Source: Somniosus microcephalus
Lineage: Eukaryota
Direction: 5' to 3'
Length of the DNA: 64,000 bases
Assembly (NCBI GenBank): GCA_052327205.1
Contig: CM126223.1
Coordinates: 58,838,001-58,902,000 of the forward strand
The notes under the pieces are model-generated. The model did not search any database and was not told where the DNA came from. It worked only from the letters and a program-made list of their open reading frames with translations. Both the position numbers and the translations under genes were made by a program. This document shows, piece by piece, positions 37,122-52,043 of the stretch. Each line of letters begins with the position of its first letter. The first letter of the stretch is position 1.

Positions 37122-37525
37122 TGTCAGCCTGGCTTAATTGATAGCACTTTTGCCTCTAAGTCAGAAGGCTGTGGATTAAAGCACTACTCCAGGACGTGAG
37201 CATCTAAACCAAGTTGACAACCAGTGCAGGACTGAAGGAGCACTGCATTGTCATTGTCAGAGGTGCTGCTCTTCGAATGAGATGTTAAGCCAATGCCATG
37301 TCTGCCTGTTGGGAGTGTTTTAAATGGACATGGCACTACGTGAATAAGGGCAGGTGTCCTCTGCCAACACCACCAGAAACAGATTAACTAGCTATCCATC
37401 TCGTTGCTGTTTGTGGGATCTGCTGTGCGCATAATGGCTTCTGTGTTTGCTTACATTTCCAAGTACATTCAAGTACTTGGAGACATTTCTGAAATGTGCT
37501 AAAGCACTATATAAGATTAGATCTT
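37122..37525 (+). mobile_element. SacSINE1/Deu-domain SINE
   Basis: tRNA-like head (ggcttaattgatagcac..gtcagaagg), Deu-like core (cagtgcaggactgaaggagcactgcattgtc..gagatgttaa), ttgctgtttgtgggatc, L2-type tail. Confidence 0.75.
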
Positions 37526-37639
37526 TCAAAAATATAAATATTTCAATGGGCACTGTGGCAGTAAGAATATTCAAAAGCAAAGGAATCTAAGGCTAGTGGG
37601 TGCTTTTGTATTAGATACAGTTTACTTTCAAAAAAGAAT

Positions 37640-37785
37640 TAACACAAAAATTGAAAGTGTTGGAAATACACAGCAGATGAGAGAAAATGTTTTTTATGTT
37701 TATGATGGGTCCTATTTGAAATGTTTTTCCTTCCGATGCTATCTGAACTGTTGCATGCTTCTGGCATTTTATGTTTTATTTATCC
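37640..37785. mobile_element. Degenerate palindromic Penelope-terminus remnant
   Basis: aacacaaaaattgaaagtgttggaaatacacagcag...ctgttgcatgcttctggcattttatgtttt. Confidence 0.45.
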
Positions 37786-37793
37786 CAGTCTAA

Positions 37794-37919
<126 letters not shown>

Positions 37920-38109
37920 TAAGTGTACAAAGAATATACATTAAACTTAAAACTTAAATTTTAGGATATTGCATTGTAAGTACTATTGTAGAAGATGGTC
38001 TGTCACTATGTAGACTATATGTAGGAGCTGTGTATTTGTACAACTTCTCTTTAGGTTAGCACTTAGTATCAAATGTACTCTGTAAAGGGCTTAGTCAATT
38101 TTTGGATGA

Positions 38110-38176
38110 TTACACTCCTGTGAAGAACCTTGGGACATGTTTCTACATTAAAGGTGCTATATAAATGCAAGTTGTT
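38110..38176 (+). mobile_element. L2 3' tail
   Basis: actcctgtgaagaaccttgggacatgtttctacattaaaggtgctatataaatgcaagttgtt. Confidence 0.7.
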
Positions 38177-38699
38177 ACAGTAAACATTTGTACACCAGTG
38201 ATTCTAATTATGTGCAGTAATAATCCTTTGTAACATGAATGAAATGAACCTTGGTGCCACATATTCAAATCACTTGATTCAATTATGGAAGCTGTCTACC
38301 ATGATGATTCCAGCAGCCCAAAAATTCCCTGAAAGCTACATGTAACTTTTTGTACATATTAATGAATAACTTATTCTGCAGTTTATTCCACATTAAACAT
38401 AGCTGGGTGGAGCTGCTGAGCCTTTGTTTTTATGTTTTATGACATCTAAATCCACTTGATGTGTTAATGCTTTGAAAAGCACTGTGGAGTCTGTGTGGCA
38501 GTTTAGTTTGCTTTTCAGATATTACTTGTACTTTTTGACACTCCCTTTTAGGAAGGTGAATACTAGCTCTGGGTTTGTAGAGTTACTTTACTGTCCTATG
38601 TTTTTACATGGACTAGTAGCTCAGTTTTAATAGACACACGAATAGATATAATTTTGGTTGCACTTGGAGCTTTTATCTCGGGGTTCAAATATATAATTA

Positions 38700-39340
38700 C
38701 TTGAACGTGCAGATAGATAAAGCCATTAAAATCTCCTAACATTTCGAGTGTGATAAATGGCGCATAGAGTTCAAGAATAAAGAAGTAATAATCAATTTAT
38801 GCAAACATTGGTGAGGCACAAAGTACTACCTGCCGTTTTGGGCATCCTATTGTTGAAAATACATTAAAGCCACAGAGAATGTACAATGTAGATTGACCAA
38901 GTTGATATCAGGTATGGGAAACTATAGTTAGGAGGAGAAACTATAGACACTGGGACTACCTCCACTGAGCAGCGAAGGCTGAGGAGATTTAATAAAGGTT
39001 TTTTTAAATTCTGAAGCATCTTGGTGGAGTAAATAGTTTCCTGTGGTGGGGAGTCAGTGACGAGCATCATTAATATAACATTATCAATGAGGAGAGGGGT
39101 TAGGAGAAATTTCTTACACAGAATTGTTAGAGTATGGAATGCTTTGCCGCAGGAAGTGATTGAGGTAGAGACCTTTGCATCTTCTAAGGGAAATTTGGAT
39201 AAATATTTCAAGTAGAGAAAGATGCAAGGCTATTGGGAGAGAGCAGGGCAGTAGGATTAGTTTTGGATCGTTCTCATAAAGAACCGGCAGAGACCTGATG
39301 AGACAAATGGCGGCCTCCTGTGCTGCAACCTTCCATAGTT
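38700..39340 (+). mobile_element. Degenerate CR1 3' fragment
   Basis: ggcgcatagagttcaag..gagcagcgaaggctgaggaga..tggaatgctttgcc..tail ggcctcctgtgctg. Confidence 0.75.
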
Positions 39341-40184
39341 CTTTTACTGTTAGCTGATTAGCTACCATTATAATGAAAACAGTCCCAAGAATTCGTAACA
39401 GTTTAGCTTGCAGACCAAAGAAAGTAGTGAGGTCACTGAGACAGTTGACATTACATTTTTTTTAATTTTATTGTTGCTATAGGCATTGCATGTCACCTTT
39501 CCAGCAACTGGTTATAGGTATTACAATTCACCTTATTGATTGCTGCCTTGGGGTGCACATTTTTACCATCTGGTTTAATAATGACCAGAATCATTCCTTC
39601 GGCAGTGCCATGCTGTCTGAACCTTAACATTCCTATTAGTAACTTGTAACATTCCTGGTTTCTATTGCTGCACAAAATGCATTGTTTTCAGTATCTGAAA
39701 TTCAAGGGATTGTAAAGATGCCTTATAGGACATTAAGGGCTCTGCTGGACCCACACAATTAGTTCAACTGTATAGAAACTAAAGCTGAAGGTTTTTTTTT
39801 AAGACGGGGAGGATAAGATTCAACTTTAAATCTCAATCTTGTGAAGCGTTTTCAAAGAGTAGTTTCAAATCGCAGGCTTTCTTACAGGTGAATCACAAAT
39901 TTCATTAGTTGTTTGTAATGCTTTAAGTACTGCTTCAAGGTTTTTGTTGGATTAGGGAAGGGGAGCATTTGATTGACAACAATTTGCTGAACATGGAACA
40001 TAAATGTCAAAGATGTGAAGATATCCTTACCTACCCTCTCAGCTCAAGCAGGCTATGTGTTGGTGAGAACCCAGAAAAATTAAGCATCTAAATGCATACA
40101 CTAGAGATTGTTTCTAAACTTGCTTATTGATTAGGGGAATACAAAAGAACTGCTGATTGAATTTCTCTTCCTGTTAATTTATAA

Positions 40185-40457
<273 letters not shown>

Positions 40458-43400
40458 TAGGAGTTGGAATGGTTCTGTTTAAATCTGAATTCACAAATGA
40501 CTTAAGATCCAAAACATAAGTAATTTTCCTTCCAAGGGTGAGTGGACTAACTGGCTGCATTCATCACTAATTCTAGAAGAATCTGCATTGCTGTACAGAG
40601 CAGAAATTTTGAATTTAAATTTAATCCAAAATATTTTAAGATCTAGTAAGAGGTGGCTGCTGGGAGTGCACCGGTGACTGATCAAGTACTCTTCTGTCAA
40701 GCAGTGCATAAGGCAGATACAGTTCAGATCTTTGTTTGAATTGTTAAGACGTACTTCTCAGTGTAATATTTTTCACTTTCCATACTACCCATTCTTACGT
40801 TCTCTAATATTGTTTGGCTACTGCCAGATTGCAAGTATTTCTTTCTGTGTGTCCTCCAAAAATTTGGATTGAGAGTTCCCAAATTAATTCTCGGCAAGTC
40901 TGTAATAAGTGAAACTGATTGTATTTACAGCCAAGAGGTTACTTTCGTTGTGGGACTGTTTAGTGTTCAAGGACAATTTTTTTTAATGAAACCAATCCAA
41001 AGTTAATAAACTTTTTGTTTCTAAGACTTAATTGTTGAGATTCTTCTGTCTCTTTCTCCCCCCCCCCCCCCCACCCCATTTTTTTCAAAATATGATTTGA
41101 TTCAGAATGTAATCAGTTACTCAAAAGCCTGGACCCATTTTCACTCAAAGGTAATCCAAGGTCGCTTTGTCAGATGTGATTGACAGCCAATGACCTCTGA
41201 CTCTGGAGTAATCTGTACTTGTGTGATTGAGCTTGGAGAGAGATGCACAAATAAAACCGCTTTCTTCCCTAAGGCTTTCCAATGCAATTGGTGAGAGCAA
41301 TAGCAGTCCTTGGTTATCTTTTTAAAAAAAAAAAAATACAATCTAGTCCTATTAAAATAAACATGAAAATATGCAATTTTCATCGATCAGTCTTGCGTTT
41401 CATTATTTGATGTGGACTGCTGACTTTGTCCATTGAATCTGGATAGTGACCTGGATAGTGACATGAAGAGTGCTGAGCTGTATGATAAACCTTTGGACAT
41501 TTAAAATTGCTTTTAACAAAATAAAACTAATTTTTATGTTGAGGCTGTCACTTGAAGTCATAAGTAGGTACGTGATTGGCATAGGCGTTGGCTTGAACCT
41601 GGTTTTCTGATTAAAATGTTACTAAAATGTTTTTATTGACTATGAATAAACGCAACTGCTGTGAATTTCCTCGGTGGTTCTCCCAATCAGCCACCATAAC
41701 TTCAGCAGAAGATCGGCAGACACCTCCGATGGAGCTTCTGCCAAAGTTACAACAGCCTTAGCAGGGGAGCCTCTTGAGGAAATCCCTGGCAAATGATTTT
41801 CTGCTTCTATTAACAGAGTAAGAGTAAAAGGATGTTTTTGAATTTGCTGGATGTGCAGTAAGGCTTGGCAAACCACAAAGAATCCTAATGGCTTTGACAG
41901 TTTGCATCACTAAGCACAAAATGAATTTGTGGCTGAAATATTGCCACTAGTGGTAATATAGCCCCAAAGCCTGATCTGTAAGAGGGACTTTGTCAAAGTA
42001 AAAATAGCTGATCACGTACATTTTGCTATTTGGTTAATTTGATTGTATTAGGAATACTCCCACGCCACCTCAAAAGCAAGAAAACTATTTCTAATGATTA
42101 TGTATCACAGATTCATTATAGTACGTTCTTTAAATATCAAATCAAAAATTAGACCCTATTCAGGTTTGCAAGCAAACTGCCGGTGTAGATAGTGGAAGTA
42201 CAAGTCCGCTAGGACGTTATAAAGCATGTTTTTTGACCCTCATACAAATGGTTTTGTGAAACTGTCCAATGTTTGTCATGCACCTTCTTTCTACCACTAA
42301 TTCTTACTGAACCAGTAAGGTTTGATGTTGGTTCAGAAGTCGTCTCTATTTGCTCGTGACACAGATCAGTCTGTGAGGCTGTTATTCCTTGGTACGGCTT
42401 AAAGAATCTTCCTTTGTTTCACTGAGCCTCCTTTTGTCGTCATCTGAGGTTTCAAGGAAAGTAGATTTTTTGTTGTAGTTTTTGATGTAACTTTAGATGT
42501 AATTTCACATCTCTGCAGAGTATCACTTCAGAATGTCCCCAGAAGTCACTGCCTACAAGTAGTGTGTGTTACATAGCATCTTTATGATGCATCACTAATG
42601 TTTTCCAGTAGTATAAAAACAATGGCTCTGAGCTTTGCTCTTGAAGTTTTGATACAATGACAAAACAGATGAGCCGTGTTCCTAATTATTACAACTTCCT
42701 TCCAAGTCCTCAGAAAAGTTTGGTCTCTTCTGAAATAAATCTCTGACTAGCTGGGATGACAGTGAATGAAGGCTGGGATGGCAGGTCACCTATGAGAGGA
42801 GCACATTTAAATCCTTAATTATCATTTTACTTCTAGTTCTGCTCTGATTTATACACTCAGTTATCATTGCCACTTTGTTTATCTTGCTTTTGTTTCTACA
42901 CGGCCTGATTTGTTATTTAAGACACTTGACTGTATGTGAGTACCTGATATGAGAGATCTGGTCTCTGCAAATCCAGGGTCAGTACAGACCCCCAATTTTC
43001 ATGGGTCTTGTGTTCGGTCAGATCACCAACTTCCTCTTATGACGTGCTGGGCCAGTACAGTGCAGCACCTTCTCGCGCCATGACCAAACACCACCATGCT
43101 GCCAACATGCTGGCAAAGCTTCAGAATCAGTGATTGGAAGTCTTTTTTTTAAACTTGTGGTGGAGTGGAGAAAAGAACATATTAACTTTTACTTAGAAAA
43201 CTAAAAAGGCCCACGTGTGATTGGGACACGCACAGCTACACAGAGGAAACAGTCCCCGTGTGCTGAATTAGCATCAAGTGGGCCTATGGAAGAGCAGAAT
43301 ATGAAGAACCCAAACTGCCAATCTGGAATAAAAAGGGTCCTGTGAAGCTGGAATGTCTTGAGTGGCTATTGCCCTTAGCCCTCATATTGCTGGTATAGGT

Positions 43401-44309
43401 TCATTGTAATGTAATCCAACATTAGCATTCAATTACCAAGCTTGCAATTTATTTATTTGAAAATGGTGCCCCCTCAAACCCCCTGTCAGACGATGCAGGG
43501 ATCTAGATAATTAATTATACAGACATTAAACAAGCTTAAAACATACTGTACTTCAGTAAGTGGGCACTGGCAGAGATGGAAAACGCAGCTTCTTCCTTCA
43601 TTTAGTTACTCGAACCCTTTTAAGTGCTGAGAGAGTTGTTTAGATCACATATGCTGCCTTTTTTTTTAATGTCTTTAAAAGATTGTGGAAGTATTGACCG
43701 GATTGAGGTGCACTGCATGTGAACTTTCAGAAGGTTTGTTTGATTGAAGAAAAATATGTTCTTTCCTGCTCTGTCTCCACCTAAATCCCGATGTTCAACC
43801 TATTTTCATGATGTAGCAAAGGCATTAATTCAATGAATATCTGGTAGTGGTGATAGGTACTGCATTGGGTGCTGCTGCATCCATTTTGTAAAGTCAGAAT
43901 GCCTATGATCAGTAAGTCGAGGGACAATCCGTACTTCTAACTGTCCGAAGGTCTAAACCAGTCTTTCCTGTTGCACACAGTTACATTGGCCAGTGTATTG
44001 TGCTTCCCCAAAGTCATTTGCTGACTAAATCATAATCATCTTTATTGTCATTGTTAGTGCACAAGTGCAGTACAACGAAATGTAGGCTTGCGGCTCCCGA
44101 GAGTGTACATTTAGATTAAGACATTTAAACATTCAACATTCATTTGGCTTGTAATACATTAACATAAACATAACCATAATAAAGTGACTAAACTTTTTTG
44201 TGTAAAAATCTATTGTGTAAATCACATTAAGATGTTTCAAGCCGCTGTGTAAATGTAAGTATGATTATGGTTCAGCTTTCCTTTTTAGTTAATTTATTTA
44301 TTTTCTGTC

Positions 44310-45118
44310 TCAAATGTCAATGACACCCAGCCCAACCTCTCCACCACCCCATCCCTTCAACCCCGCCACTGCTTCTGTGCTATCAGACTGCTTGCCTGAC
44401 AGCCAACCTTGGATGAGCTGTAACTTCCAACTAAACATTGGGAAGACTGAAGCCATTGTCTTTGACCTCTGCCATCAACTCTATACCCTCACCACCAACT
44501 CCATCCACCTCCCAGGTCACTGTCTCAGGTTAAACCAGGCTTCTCACAACTTCTCCCCTGAGCTGAACTTCTAACCCCATATCCTCTCCATCACAAAGAC
44601 TACATACTTCCATGTCTAACGCTGCATGTCTCTGCCCTTACCTCAGCTCATCTGCTGAAACCCTCATTCATGTCTTTTTGTCCCTCCAGACTTGATTTCT
44701 TCAATGCTCTCCTGGCCAGCCTCCAGCTTCAACCAAACCTCTGCTACCTGTATCCTATCCCGCTCCAATTCTCACTCGCTCATCGCACCCGTCCTTGCAG
44801 ACTAACTTTATCCAAGCAACCTCCACCCCCTGCTTCCCTCAAGCATATGTTTAAATCTTCCATGACCATGACCCTATCTCTGTAACCTCCTGCAGCTCCA
44901 TGCCCCGCCTCTCTCCCCCCCCCGCCCCCAGTCTCTCCCCTTCTGCCTGCCGCCTTGTGTCACAGCATCAGCGGCATGCATTCAGCCGCCTAGGTCCCAT
45001 TCCCTGAACTTCTCTCACTAAAGTGCTCTGCCTCGCTACCTCCTTCTCCTCCTTTAACCCACCTGTTTGACCAAGCTTTGGGATGCTTTTCTACGTTAAA
45101 GGTAATATATAAATGCAT
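44310..45118 (+). mobile_element. Degenerate L2 3' fragment
   Basis: ORF 44314..44574 LSDCLPDSQPWMSCNFQLNIGKTEAIVF; tail ctacgttaaaggtaatatataaatgca. Confidence 0.8.
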
Positions 45119-46178
45119 TATATTAGGTTTCTTATAACTAGAACTGGATAAATGGACATTTTAATTATTAATTCTAGAATTGAACAAAATTGCACCCTTT
45201 GGATTGCGATGCAGAGATGCTGTTGCACTTCTCAATGGATTAGATAACTCGATCGTTCTTGTGACCCAATTTATAGTTATGCTTCTGATTGATCTGTGCA
45301 TTGGAGCCTTGTGGGTACATAAAGCAGGTTATGGCTCCCACTGTGGCCATTATCCTTCTCTACTGTTAGCTGAATTTTTTCTGTTATCCAGATTGTCAAT
45401 TAGAAGTTCACCACAGATGGTAGAATCCCCTTTTGGGTTTAAAAGTGTTTGCTTGTTAAATTTCTCATTTAAATCAGCTGTTGTTTTCTGCCTTGAGCCC
45501 TTTAACATGGACTAATAATAATGATGGTGGGACTGGTTATCGTTGTATATTCTATATAGTTTCATGCTGAATATAATATTTCGGACAGCAGCTGAATAAC
45601 AGCGCCACGGATGGCTTCCATTCAAAGATATTGGATTATTAGAGTCATCCAACTATTCTCCCTACAACTGATATCCTATGTGAGATGCAATGCAGGTTTT
45701 TTGTGTAGTACTTCTAGAATCAATTTTTTTTTTTAAGTGGCATATGTGTATTATATTAAGTAAAACTATATTGAAATATGCAATTTATTCCCATAAGGTG
45801 AATATTTTCAGCCTGACTTTGCTATTTTTTTTAAACAAAGTCATCTTGCATTGTTTATTTTAAAAAATGCTACTGTGGTCCTTTCATAGTACTGTAGCTT
45901 TACACAAATGTGGAGAGAACTTCATGGTGAAGTGACCAATATCTGCAAGTATTACATGGGCCTATATTTATGTAACTGTTCTGATATTAACCAACCCACT
46001 CTGACTTGGGTACAAATTATTGGCCTCAAATGTGTAACTATTGTAATCTGGAAAATTAAACCAAATGCAAATAGCCAAAAACGTATAGTATTGAAGTAGT
46101 AGAATATTATTTCTCTTGCTTTCAGTGGTGTACTTTAATGCACATATTTATAATGCCTTCAATTTCTGTCCTTTCCAG

Positions 46179-46280
46179 GCTAAAAAGAGTGGCAAACCTG
46201 GACCTTTTCTGCTGTCAGGATCCAGAGACAAGACTATTAAGATGTGGGATATTAGCATTGGAATGTGCCTTATGACACTG
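46179..46280 (+). CDS. PAFAH1B1: LIS1 coding exon 9 ([34 protein letters not shown])
   Basis: tttccag|GCTAAAAAG...ACACTG|gtgagt; 102 nt; within ORF 46116..46361. Confidence 0.97.
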
Positions 46281-47675
46281 GTGAGTGAGGTTCAGGTGCC
46301 TAAAGAGCTATACTCCAGCATGAGTCGGCATCTTCAGGCGCGAGAGAGAGAGAGATGGTGAAGAATAAAACTGCTTAAAACTACTTCACTTATCCAATTA
46401 AGAATATAAGTAGTGGTTTGAAATACCCTCTCATATCAGTTAACACAACTGGAGAAGACAAGTTCAATGACATCCTCCTGCTCCAGAAGTTGAACTTTAT
46501 GTTTAAGTACTTTTCTCGCTATCCACTCCCCTGGAGAAATCCCATCGAGTGTAATTGACTCAGCATAATGTCGACCACTTACTAAGCAGTGACCTATTAA
46601 TTTTTTTTAAATGCACAGTGCTACAAGTTCTGCTTAATTTGTACCTTACCCAATTGTTGCCAGTAAATTTATTGGTTTTGTATATAAAGAACAGTAAATT
46701 GAGAACACGCATACCATACCTCCATTGTTCTTGTGGAGCCATAATAGCTGACAAAATGTTTTTTGTTAATTGCTTTGAGACCGTAACAAAATATTATAGT
46801 TGTATTTCTAATTCATTCTTCCATTGATCACATCTGTTTTCCAAAAGTGTAGCATATATAAGTTGGGATGTTTTCCTTGAAGTGACCATTTGTTAACATT
46901 CAACCAAGGCAGCTCAAAGTTACAGCAGCTTTTGAGTTACTTAAACACTGCACTCTTCAAAAAAAAAACTTAGTTTTGGATTGATGTGGAGGGAGGGAGG
47001 AGAGTTGGAAACCTCAAGTAGAAATTAGCCAATTATAGTTTCAGCAGGAATCTAAACCATGATGCTAAATTTTGTACAACTGTCTGAATCAGACGTGTTC
47101 ACATGTGGATACCATGTCCATCCTGCAGATTTAATCATTTCTTGCTATTTCAGGGCTTGTGAACTTTTTCATTAAAATGGAATCAGTGAAGCTACCTTAA
47201 CACATCACAAGCATCAGAAAACCGAGTTTAAAATACTGCCTTTTCACCAGAATTTCTGTTTTCACCACTGGTTCATTTAGTACTGTCTGCATCTTTGAAG
47301 TAGATACTTTTGCTACAAGCTCTTCTATTGATCAAGTGGGTACAGCTTTTTTCAGTTGAGCAGTTAGCTGCTACATGGAGCTTATCATAGTACCTTAGGA
47401 TCCTAACCCAAGCAGGCTAAATTATCATGGCCATAAAATGTGCTTCCTGATACGAAGTTGCAGTGGCTGTGACAATGAAAGTCAATGGCCCAGACTATCC
47501 TAGATCAAAAGAAAAAGTTTCCAATTTGCAAAGAATAGAAAAAGGTAGAAAACCAACACTATTATGTGTAATTAGACTTTTAGTTCATTTTCCCTTTTGG
47601 AAAAGATGATCCTAGCAACATGTTGGCGGTCTTCAAAGTGGTAAACTTCCTAATGATGTGTTCTGTTAAATTTAG

Positions 47676-48011
<336 letters not shown>

Positions 48012-48439
48012 TGAAAGCTGAACTTAATTTGCAAATGCAATGTTTGGTTTGCCTCTCATTTTGGTTTACTTATTTATGGAAGCTTCTAAGCAGATACATA
48101 ATAGTGTTATCACTAAGCTTATTTAACATTTTAGTACTAATAAGCTGCAGAAAAAAATCACCAAAGCCAATGCAGTTTAATGTATTAATATATACTTGTG
48201 TGATAATTCATCACCTGAAATAGCTTTCACCAATGATGGCCTTGTAACCACCATTACTTCACCTTAGTATTATATAGTGGCAGAGTAAGGAGCTAGGCTA
48301 GTAGGGATAATATGGGACACTCTCTGGATCTGTGAAGTATCCAGGAGGGGTAAATGTGCATCAAGTGTTGCAATTGTGTTGTTCTACTAGAGGAATGCTG
48401 AGGCTGAGGACCAGCTAACTACACTCTGCAATGTATGTA

Positions 48440-50040
48440 AGAAGGAAACATTTCTGTAGGACACTTTCCAGAAGGTAGTAACCCACAGATAGAAATACTG
48501 AAGCAGAAGGGAGAGAAAGAAGAAACCCCCTCAATTTGAATAGGAGAGTGGTCGTTGTATAGGAGTCGATAAGAAGGGCGATAAACCACCTGTTCGTGAG
48601 TCCCGAATGGTGTGTTGCCTCCCACGTGCTAGGGTAAATGATACAGAAACTCTTGTAAAGAGAGGGAATGTGTGGCTAGGTTCTAAACTGCAGTGCAGGA
48701 CTGCAAGGATAGTAATCTCGATTACTTCTGGTGGCACATGCTGCACAAGTTAGAAAGAAGCAGATTAGATATGTCAATGTGTGGTTAGGAGAGTGAGGAG
48801 TATTAAAAGTAGTATCAAGCATTTCTCTGATTTTTGCAGTAAGTAAAACGGGTAACTGATGTAATTTAAAGATCCCAGTGACATGATAGCAAGTGACCAA
48901 GGGATAGCAAACATACCAAATGATCTCTGATACGCTGAGCTGACCATGGGCTATCTCCCCAGTACACACGTTGAATTTGTGCTGGGGATGGGGCTGAAAG
49001 AAGTACTAAATTAAATAGAAACTTTAGATACAGTGGTCACTGATAGGCTGAGGAAGTTAAAGGAAGGATGAGGCGCTAGACCCAGATGCTGCCTTACAAG
49101 TGGCTAGCAAATCGGTCACGCCCTTGTCAATATCCTAATGGAATCATGAGAAAGTGAAATAGTATCCAAGATATGAAGGTAGATAATAAAACGCCCGATC
49201 TTAAAGTGGACATGGGGTTGATGCAGGAAACTACAATCCTGTGGGCGTAATGTCTCATATTATAAGACCTACTGAAAGAGGGAATAGTGAAATACCCAGC
49301 TAGGTTTGGTGTGGTGGTTAAGTAACGCCTCTATTTTATTTTAAAATTCTCATCCTTGTTTTCAAATTCCTCTATGGCTTCGCCCCTCCCTATCTCTGTA
49401 ATCTCCTCGAGCTCCACAACCTCCTGAGATATCTGCACTCCTCTAATTCTGCCCTCTTGAGCATCCCTGATTATAATTGCTCAACCATTAGTGGCCCTGC
49501 CTTCAGCTGCCTAGGCCCTCGGCTCTGGAATTCCCTCCCTAAACCTCTCTGCCTCTACCTCTCTTTCCTCCTTTAAGACACTCCTTAAAACCTACCTCTT
49601 TGACCAAACTTTTGGTCATCTGCCCTAATTTCTTCTTATGTGGCACGGTGTCAAATTTTTGTCTTATAACACTCCTGTGAAGCACCTTGGGATATTTTAC
49701 TATGTTAAAGGCACAAAATAAATAGATTGTTGCTGTTGTGTTTGGTAGGTGGGAATCGGCAAGGATTTGAGAGGGGGAGGTCTTGCCTCACAAATTTACT
49801 GATGTTTGTGAAGGAAGTGACAGGCTTTGTTGTTGACAAAAGTTCTATGGATGCGATACAGTTTTCAATATAGGCAAGGCTCTTGATACTGCACCACAAA
49901 AGCCATTAGGCTACAAGATAGGATTACAATAGGAGGCAAGGTTTTGAGTTGGGTTGAAAATTAGCCAAACGAGATAAAGCAAAAGGTGGCTTTGAATGAC
50001 GCTGTGTCTGGCAAGGGCTCACTAGTGGAGCGCTGCAAAG
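48440..50040 (+). mobile_element. Old, heavily deleted CR1 interrupted by an L2 fragment
   Basis: Esterase remnant (cgaatggtgtgttgcctcccacgtgctagggtaaa); RT remnants (ggaaactacaatcctgtgg; ggggaggtcttgcctcacaaatttact). Confidence 0.6.
49335..49740 (+). mobile_element. L2 3' fragment nested in CR1
   Basis: ttttaaaattctcatccttgttttcaaa..ctggaattccctccctaaacc..ccttaaaacctacctctttgacc..aaataaatagattgttgctgttg. Confidence 0.88.
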
Positions 50041-50139
50041 ATTGACATCGTCTGTAGAACTTGCTGGGTCGGTCCAATTACATCAACCATCCACTACACT
50101 GTTGGGTGTAAAAACATATATTTTTCTGTCATTTTTCCT

Positions 50140-50385
50140 ACCTACCTTCTTTAATGAAAGTGTCTCCTTACTGCGGTACAGGTTGATAACCAGCAGACCC
50201 TCTCCGTTATTTTGCCCAAGTGGTTATTATTCATGTATGAGTCTCCGCATTGAGCACCAGTAGGCTATTTAAATTTGTGATGCATCACAGCTAGCCTCAC
50301 TCACATGTGATGTCCACTGGCATGCACATGGAGATTGCTGGATAGCAATCGTGAGTGGAACTCTGCCTGATGGTTCCCTATCCTT
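50140..50385 (-). repeat. Old dispersed SINE-like repeat (same family as 11260)
   Basis: ctccttactgcggtacagg..tttgcccaagtggttattattcatgt..ctggatagcaatcgtgagtggaactc. Confidence 0.5.
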
Positions 50386-51539
50386 TTTGTATACTACTGT
50401 TTTACTGTAACTGTTTTAAATATGTTGAGATTTGATGCCTATTTCACATTATCATGTAGGTTTATAAAATTGTATCTTGATTTTTCACTGCAACTTCATA
50501 ATAGAACTTAATGAGCAATTTTAGGGGTATTGTATCATATGCTAATTTTTGTTGCTTTAATCTGCTTTCTGAATATGCACTAGCGTAACCCTGTCTTTCA
50601 TTCATTGCTTTAATTACATATGGTTACTGTCTGCTCATCAGTAATTTCAGATTTATGGTTTTTATTACAATAATCATTCATGTACTACATCTTACAAAAC
50701 ATAGAATATTAAAGTTGAATTTTGTTGTGTTTTTTCTACCTTTATGGAGAATTGGTAAATTCAATAGCAATGTACAATGCAGTGTTTAATATGAAGATTA
50801 AAACAAATAGCACAGCCAGCAATAACGTCTTGTGACTTACAACCACCCTTCAAACAAGAAATAATAGAAGTAGTGATGAACTGCTTTCAAGCAATTCCAC
50901 CCTGGGCATTTAGGTGGGGAGTCCTTTCCAAATAATAGCTTTAAGATTTCGCCAGTGCAACTTTTAACTCCTAGCATTATGAACCAATTCTTCAAATTCA
51001 GGCAATATTTCCAAGTAGGAGATTCCCTTGCCCTTCCAGGAGAGAATTATTTACTGCAGGAGCCCATTACTGCAGAAAACCAATAATACAACTTGTCTTC
51101 AAATATGCTCCTAGGCTTTTGCAACATAGGTAAAGTTAGGTACATAGAGAATGGTGATAAAGGGTATGTACTCTGATTGGTGGGATGTGACAAGTGATGT
51201 TCCCCAGGGATCTGTTCTGGGGCCTGAACGTTTCACCATATTTATAATGACATAGATGGTGGAATGGAGAGTTGTATGTCCAAGTTTGTAGATGACACCA
51301 AATTAGGAGGGTCAGTAAGTAGTAAAGATGGGAGCAGGAAGTTACAAAGGAACATCGACAGATAAAGTGAGTGGGGGAAAATTGTGGCAGATTGAGTTCT
51401 ATGTGGTGGGTAAGTGAGGCCATCCACGTTGGACCCAAGAAAGATAAATGAGAGTATTTTTTAAATGGTTTGTAACTAGTAACTGTCGAGGAGCAAAGAG
51501 ATTTGGGAGTCCAAATTCACAAATCATTAAAAGCTAGTA

Positions 51540-52043
51540 CAGGAAACTTCGCGATATCCGGGACCGGCGTGATGCCGATCTATGAAAACTTCCGGACAGA
51601 CCAGCGCTAATGTTGAAGGATACGGAGGTTTTCATCTCCGTATCTGACAACAAACACTGTTGCTTAGCAACAGCTTGTAAACAGTCGGCCCGTACCTTGG
51701 AAGTGTCTCTGTAGCTTAGCAACAGCTTCAGAGGCTTTCCAGAGACTGACTGTTTGTTTAAAAAAATGCTAGAAGAAAAAAAAACAAACAAAACGGCTGC
51801 TGATTTCTGCCGTTAGATCAAGGTTTCCGGACATACAACCTCCGGATAAACCAAAGTTTCCTCCGGACATACAACCTCCGGATAAACCAAAGTTTCCTCC
51901 GGACATACAACCTCCGGATAAACCAAAGTTTCCTCCGGACATACAACCTCCGGATAAACCAAAGTTTCCTCCGGACATACAACCTCCGGATAAACCAAAG
52001 TTTCCTCCGGACATACAACCTCCGGATAAACCAAAGTTTCCTG
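51540..52043. mobile_element. Tigger/pogo-like MITE, copy C, with amplified right end
   Basis: TA|CAGGAAACTT...AAGTTTCCTG|TA; collinear with 3915-4228; removing it restores the CR1 reading SLKAS..VQKAIRKA. Confidence 0.88.
51827..52042. repeat. Perfect minisatellite, 6 x 36 bp (CCGGACATACAACCTCCGGATAAACCAAAGTTTCCT)
   Basis: Units start at 51827, 51863, 51899, 51935, 51971 and 52007; no spacers; gives 12-aa periodic ORFs in the three minus frames. Confidence 0.97.

Noticed and set aside
51827-52042. 36-bp direct repeats resembling a CRISPR array in unit length
   Set aside because: The units are contiguous with no spacers, there are no cas genes, the context is a vertebrate intron, and the unit is the end of a MITE.
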